Positions 59,976-64,000 of a stretch of 64,000 nt of DNA are shown piece after piece. The notes under the pieces were generated by a model. That model saw nothing but the letters and a program-made list of their open reading frames with translations, was not told where the DNA came from and made no database searches. The first letter of the stretch is position 1; each line of letters opens with the position of its first letter. Origin of the DNA: Candidatus Faecalibacterium intestinigallinarum (GTDB taxonomy: Bacteria > Bacillota > Clostridia > Oscillospirales > Ruminococcaceae); contig DXHQ01000100.1 in NCBI GenBank assembly GCA_019113345.1, forward strand, positions 8,445-72,444, in the 5' to 3' direction. Both the position numbers and the translations under genes were made by a program.

Positions 59976-61988
59976 ATGAACGCTAACTTTGAAATCAGCC
60001 GCCGCTCGTTTCTGAAGGGCGCTGGCGCCGTGGGCGCAGCCGGCCTGCTGGCTGCCTGCGGCGGCGGCAGCTCCAGCACCGGCAGCACCGCCACTTCCGG
60101 CGGCGCTTCCGCCCCCGCTGCCAGCAACGGCGGCAAGCCTCTGACCGAGTATATCTGGTATGAGAGCGGCAACCGTGAGCTGGAGAGCTGGAACGTCCTG
60201 TACAGCCAGAACGCTTCCGACTTCAACGTCATCACCAACCTCTGGGACGGCCTGCTGAGCGCCGACTGCTACGGCAAGCCCGTCGCCGCCATCGCTTCCA
60301 GCTGGGAGCACAACGAGGACGCCTCGGTCTGGACCTTCCATCTGCGTGACGACGTCGACTGGTGCGACGTCAACGGCACCGTCACCGGCCACATCACCTC
60401 CAAGGACTTCCTGGTCGGCCTGGAGTGGGTCCTGAACCAGTACAAGAACGAGGCCAACAACACCTCCATGCCCACCCAGACCCTTCTGGGCGCCCAGGAG
60501 TACTACGACTACACCGTCGAGCAGGGCGACGCTGCCGCCAACCTGACCTATCAGGATATGCTGGACCACGGCGTCGGCGTTGAGGCTCCGGACGATTACA
60601 CCCTGGTCTTTACCTGCACCGCTCCCTGCCCCTACTTCGACACCGTCGCGGGCTACGCCAGCTTCTACCCCGCTTCCGAGGAGCTGATCAACACTCTGGG
60701 CATCGACGGCTTCCGCGCCGCCACCTACGCCGAGATGTGGTACTGCGGCCCCTACCTGATCGAGGAGTATATCAACCAGAACACCAAGAGCTATATCCCC
60801 AACCCCAACTGGTACGGCGCCGACGACCACAGCCGCTTCGAGCGCATGACCATCCTGATCCTGGTCGACACCACCATGGCTTACCAGCTGTACCAGAACC
60901 GCGAGCTGGATGAGTTCACCCTGGGCGAGTCCACCCTGACCACCATCACCAGCGATCCCTCGAACGAGTACAACAACCAGCTGTGCGAGAAGCGTCCCAA
61001 CAAGTACAGCTATCAGATGCACTTCAACTACCAGAAGTTCGACGACGACGGCAACCCCGACGACAACTGGAACAAGGCCATCGCCAACACCGCCTTCCGT
61101 CAGTGCTTCTACCGCGGCCTCAACCTGACTCCCTGGCTGGCCCGCACCAACATGATCAACCCCCTGAAGTGCGAGAACGACTTCTACACCATGCCCGGCG
61201 TCTGCTACAACTCCGACGGCAAGGAATACACCGAGCTGGTCCGTGAGAAGATGGGCCTGGGCGCTTTCGACGGCGAGACCATGGTCCGTCTGCGCGATCA
61301 GGACATCAGCGCCCTGAAGGCACAGGCCATGGAAGAGCTGAGCGCCGTCGGCGTCACTTTCCCCGTCCACGCCCTGTACTTCATCCAGTCTGGCGCTTCG
61401 GCCGCTCTGGACAACGCCACCGTCCTGCAGCAGTGCTTCTCCGACAGCTTCGGCGATGACTTCATCGTGCTGGATATCGGCGAGTTCGTCTCCAGCCAGA
61501 CCCAGGAGGTCGTCAACGCACACCGCCACAGCTTTGTCGTCAACGGCTGGGGCGCTGACTTCGGCGATCCCATCAACTTCCTGGGCCAGGAGACTCTGAC
61601 CGACGCCAACGCTTACTACAGCCACAACTACAGCTTCATCTCCAACGTCTACGAGGAAGGCCCCGCCGACTGGCAGGCTGACCTGATCTCCATCTACCAG
61701 AAGTACGAGGAGATGGTCCACACCGCCAGCGACATCGTGGACGACATCAACGCCCGCTACGACGCTTTTGCCGAGGCCGAGGCCTACTTCCTGGAGAACG
61801 TGCTGACCTGCCCCGCCAACTACGAAGTGTCGTGGACCCTGACCCACGCCAACGATTACTCCAAGATCAACGCCATGTACGGCATCTGCAACTACAAGTA
61901 CGTTGACTGGGAGACCTCCGAGGACGCCTATACCACGGAGCAGTATGAAGAGTTTGCGGCTGCTTATGAAGCCGCCATGCAGGCTTAA
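59976..61988 (+). CDS. ABC transporter substrate-binding lipoprotein (family 5, peptide/oligosaccharide type)
   Basis: Twin-arginine-like RRSFLKGAG plus the lipobox LLAAC, followed by a Ser/Gly linker. 670 aa with an SBP_bac_5-like body. Confidence 0.88.
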   Translation: MNANFEISRRSFLKGAGAVGAAGLLAACGGGSSSTGSTATSGGASAPAASNGGKPLTEYIWYESGNRELESWNVLYSQNASDFNVITNLWDGLLSADCYGKPVAAIASSWEHNEDASVWTFHLRDDVDWCDVNGTVTGHITSKDFLVGLEWVLNQYKNEANNTSMPTQTLLGAQEYYDYTVEQGDAAANLTYQDMLDHGVGVEAPDDYTLVFTCTAPCPYFDTVAGYASFYPASEELINTLGIDGFRAATYAEMWYCGPYLIEEYINQNTKSYIPNPNWYGADDHSRFERMTILILVDTTMAYQLYQNRELDEFTLGESTLTTITSDPSNEYNNQLCEKRPNKYSYQMHFNYQKFDDDGNPDDNWNKAIANTAFRQCFYRGLNLTPWLARTNMINPLKCENDFYTMPGVCYNSDGKEYTELVREKMGLGAFDGETMVRLRDQDISALKAQAMEELSAVGVTFPVHALYFIQSGASAALDNATVLQQCFSDSFGDDFIVLDIGEFVSSQTQEVVNAHRHSFVVNGWGADFGDPINFLGQETLTDANAYYSHNYSFISNVYEEGPADWQADLISIYQKYEEMVHTASDIVDDINARYDAFAEAEAYFLENVLTCPANYEVSWTLTHANDYSKINAMYGICNYKYVDWETSEDAYTTEQYEEFAAAYEAAMQA

Positions 61989-62938
61989 TGCTGAAATACA
62001 CCGCTAAGCGGCTGCTGCAGTCGCTTATCACCATCCTGATCGCTGTCACCGTCACCTTCCTTCTGATGCGGATGCTGCCCACGGACTACTACTTCACTGA
62101 AGATCAGTTGATGAAGTTCACCCCGGAGCAGAAAGAAGCGGCACTGGAAGCTGCCGGCCTTCTCGACCCCATCGGCGAACAGCTGATCCGCTTTTATGGG
62201 CAGTTGCTCCACCTGGACTTCGGTACCTCGCGGAGAATTCAAAGCGGCATCGCTGTCACCCGGGTCATTGGCAGCAAGATGGGTGTTTCCCTCCGGCTGG
62301 GCGTGATCTCCATCGGCATTTCGCTGGTGGCCGGCCTGCTGCTGGGCATCGCACAGGCTTCCTTCAAGGATAAAGTGATCGACTGGATCGGCACCGTCTA
62401 CACCGTCATCGTCAACGCGGTGCCCTCCCTGGTCATCTACTCGCTGGTGCTGGTGTTTGGCTCCAAGTATCTGGGCTTTCCGTCCCTGTATTCGTCGCGC
62501 AACGTGGGCATGTCCAGCGTGCTGCCCATCGTCAGTCTGTCGCTGGCGTCCATCGCCAGCTACGCGCTGTGGATGCGCCGGTATATGGTGGACGAGATGA
62601 CCCGCGACTATATCAAGCTGGCCAAGGTCAAGGGCCTGAGCTACAGCCAGATCATGTTCCGGCACGTGCTGCGCAACGCGCTGGTGCCCATGGTCCAGTT
62701 CATTCCGCAGGCGCTGCTTTTGACCATCAGCGGCTCGCTGCTGGTCGAGCAGTTCTACTCGGTGCCCGGCATGGGCCCCCTGCTGACCGACGCCATCAAG
62801 CGGTACGACACCAGCGTCGTGCAGACTCTGGTCATGTTCTACGCCGCGCTGAGCATCGTGGGCATCTTCCTCGGCGACCTTCTGATGATGATCGCTGACC
62901 CGCGCATCACCATCTCCGGGAAAGGAGGCAGCCGGTAA
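61988..62938 (+). CDS. ABC transporter permease (OppB/DppB-like)
   Basis: Six predicted TM segments and the family N-terminus MLKYTAKRLLQSLITILIAVTVTFLLMRMLP. Start overlaps the SBP stop. Confidence 0.9.
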   Translation: MLKYTAKRLLQSLITILIAVTVTFLLMRMLPTDYYFTEDQLMKFTPEQKEAALEAAGLLDPIGEQLIRFYGQLLHLDFGTSRRIQSGIAVTRVIGSKMGVSLRLGVISIGISLVAGLLLGIAQASFKDKVIDWIGTVYTVIVNAVPSLVIYSLVLVFGSKYLGFPSLYSSRNVGMSSVLPIVSLSLASIASYALWMRRYMVDEMTRDYIKLAKVKGLSYSQIMFRHVLRNALVPMVQFIPQALLLTISGSLLVEQFYSVPGMGPLLTDAIKRYDTSVVQTLVMFYAALSIVGIFLGDLLMMIADPRITISGKGGSR

Positions 62939-63879
62939 TGGCCAAAGCATCGGATTTTGCGGGCAAGAAGGACGACGAACTGTTTTACGTCGTCGACTAT
63001 TCGCCCGAAGAGGCCGAGCGAATCGGCTACTCCAACTATTCGTACTGGGGCTCGGTGCTCAAGAACTTTTCGAAGAATAAGGCCGCGGTCTTTTTCCTCG
63101 TCCTGTTCCTGGCGCTGGTCATCTTCTCCTTCATCGCGCTGGCCATCGCCAAGTACGATTACGCCACCCTGGTCACCGACTCCTCCCTGGCCTTCAAAAA
63201 GCCGAACGGGGAGTACTGGTTCGGCACCGACAACCTCGGCCGCGACTACTGGTGCCAGGTGTGGTACGCCACCCAGGTGTCCATCCGTCTGGCCCTGATC
63301 GTCGCCGTCGGCGAGAGCATCGTGGGCGTCATCTTCGGCCTGGTCTGGGGCTACGTCCGCTCGCTGGACCGTCTCTTCACCGAGATCTACAACCTGTTCG
63401 ACAGTATCCCCTATATCATCTATATGACCCTGATCGCCCTGATCGTTGGTCAGAGCTTTACCATTATGGCCATATCGATGGTTGCCATCGGCTGGCTGCC
63501 CATGGCGCGCCGTGTCCGCAACATGGTGTTCATGTACCGCGACCGCGAGTACAACCTCGCTTCCCGGTGCCTGGGCACCCCGCTGTGGCGGGTTCTGTCC
63601 AAGAACATTCTGCCGTATCTGGTGTCGGTCATCATCCTGCGCATGGCGCAGAGCATCCCCGCCACCATCAACCTGGAGTCTACCCTGTCCTACTTGGGCC
63701 TGGGCCTGGGCATCGAGACCCCGTCGCTGGGCCTGCTGCTGTCCAAGGTGCGCGGCTTCTTCCTGGACTACCCGTACCTGCTGATCTTCCCCGCGTCCAT
63801 CGTGTCCATCATTTCGATCGCGTTCTATATCATGGGCAACGCTTTCTCGGACGCGGCCGACCCGCGCAATCACGTTTAA
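62938..63879 (+). CDS. ABC transporter permease (OppC/DppC-like)
   Basis: FGTDNLGRDYW motif and a BPD_transp_1-like core. ATGA-type overlap with the upstream permease. Confidence 0.9.
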   Translation: MAKASDFAGKKDDELFYVVDYSPEEAERIGYSNYSYWGSVLKNFSKNKAAVFFLVLFLALVIFSFIALAIAKYDYATLVTDSSLAFKKPNGEYWFGTDNLGRDYWCQVWYATQVSIRLALIVAVGESIVGVIFGLVWGYVRSLDRLFTEIYNLFDSIPYIIYMTLIALIVGQSFTIMAISMVAIGWLPMARRVRNMVFMYRDREYNLASRCLGTPLWRVLSKNILPYLVSVIILRMAQSIPATINLESTLSYLGLGLGIETPSLGLLLSKVRGFFLDYPYLLIFPASIVSIISIAFYIMGNAFSDAADPRNHV

Positions 63880-63892
63880 GGAGAGATAGAAG

Positions 63893-64000
63893 ATGGATAA
63901 AAAAGCGATCATCTCTGCCCGCGACGTGGAGATCCAGTTCAGCCTGCGCGGTAAGACCCTGAAAGCCATCCGCAAGTGCTCCCTCGACCTGTTCGAGGGC
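63893..64000 (+). CDS. ABC transporter ATP-binding protein (OppD-like), N-terminal fragment running off the window
   Basis: ATG at 63893 after a GGAGAG RBS. MDKKAIISARDVEIQFSLRGKTLKAIRKCSLDLFEG is a typical OppD/DppD start. Confidence 0.7.
   Translation, partial: MDKKAIISARDVEIQFSLRGKTLKAIRKCSLDLFEG

Noticed and set aside
1-64000. tRNA, rRNA, prophage, integrase or transposase genes
   Set aside because: - I read all intergenic regions longer than 40 bp on both strands.
- None shows tRNA-like T-arm/acceptor features or rRNA similarity.
- No ORF shows integrase or transposase motifs.

Overview
This is a GC-rich chromosomal segment whose gene content and order look like a Clostridia (Oscillospiraceae/Ruminococcaceae-type) genome; that taxonomic placement is inferred, not searched. 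I support about 56 protein-coding genes and found no rRNA, tRNA, CRISPR array, transposase or prophage genes.

Gene layout:
- 1-24 kb (minus strand) is a housekeeping block: ftsH-hpt-tilS, dnaB-rplI, glf, gdpP, rnj, mgsA, PBP2-mreDCB, maf, dut, a U32 protein and zapA, with rnhA-mnmA on the plus strand.
- 24-31 kb holds glgP, a GH13 enzyme and an NfeD/SPFH pair.
- 31-36 kb holds a GNAT, a YhcH-family gene, dapL-dapF, an orphan ACP, proS and a DinJ-YafQ toxin-antitoxin pair.
- 36-45 kb is a sucrose/raffinose-type locus: DUF3810, an aldose epimerase, a LacI regulator, PTS EIIBC, GH32 and GH36.
- 45-49 kb holds a SleC-like multi-repeat peptidoglycan-binding enzyme and an M15 peptidase.
- 49-64 kb holds an aminotransferase, an ECF sigma factor with an unrecognised partner, a dehydrogenase, a sirtuin, a MerR/TipA regulator, an nnrD operon and an Opp-type ABC transporter.

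Most unusual observations:
1. An 860-aa protein fuses a TetM/EF-G-like translational GTPase to a YacP/Rae1-type NYN ribonuclease domain. It sits in an operon with a small 3-TM protein.
2. An approximately 180-bp multi-hairpin repeat occurs twice. The differences between the copies are compensatory in four helices.
3. An approximately 400-bp imperfect giant palindrome forms the leader of the GTPase-NYN operon.
4. An ECF sigma factor with a textbook TGAAAC-N17-CGTC promoter is paired with an acidic, non-membrane 399-aa protein that has no recognisable anti-sigma domain.

The many very long ORFs in the six-frame track that lie antisense to these genes are GC-driven artefacts.
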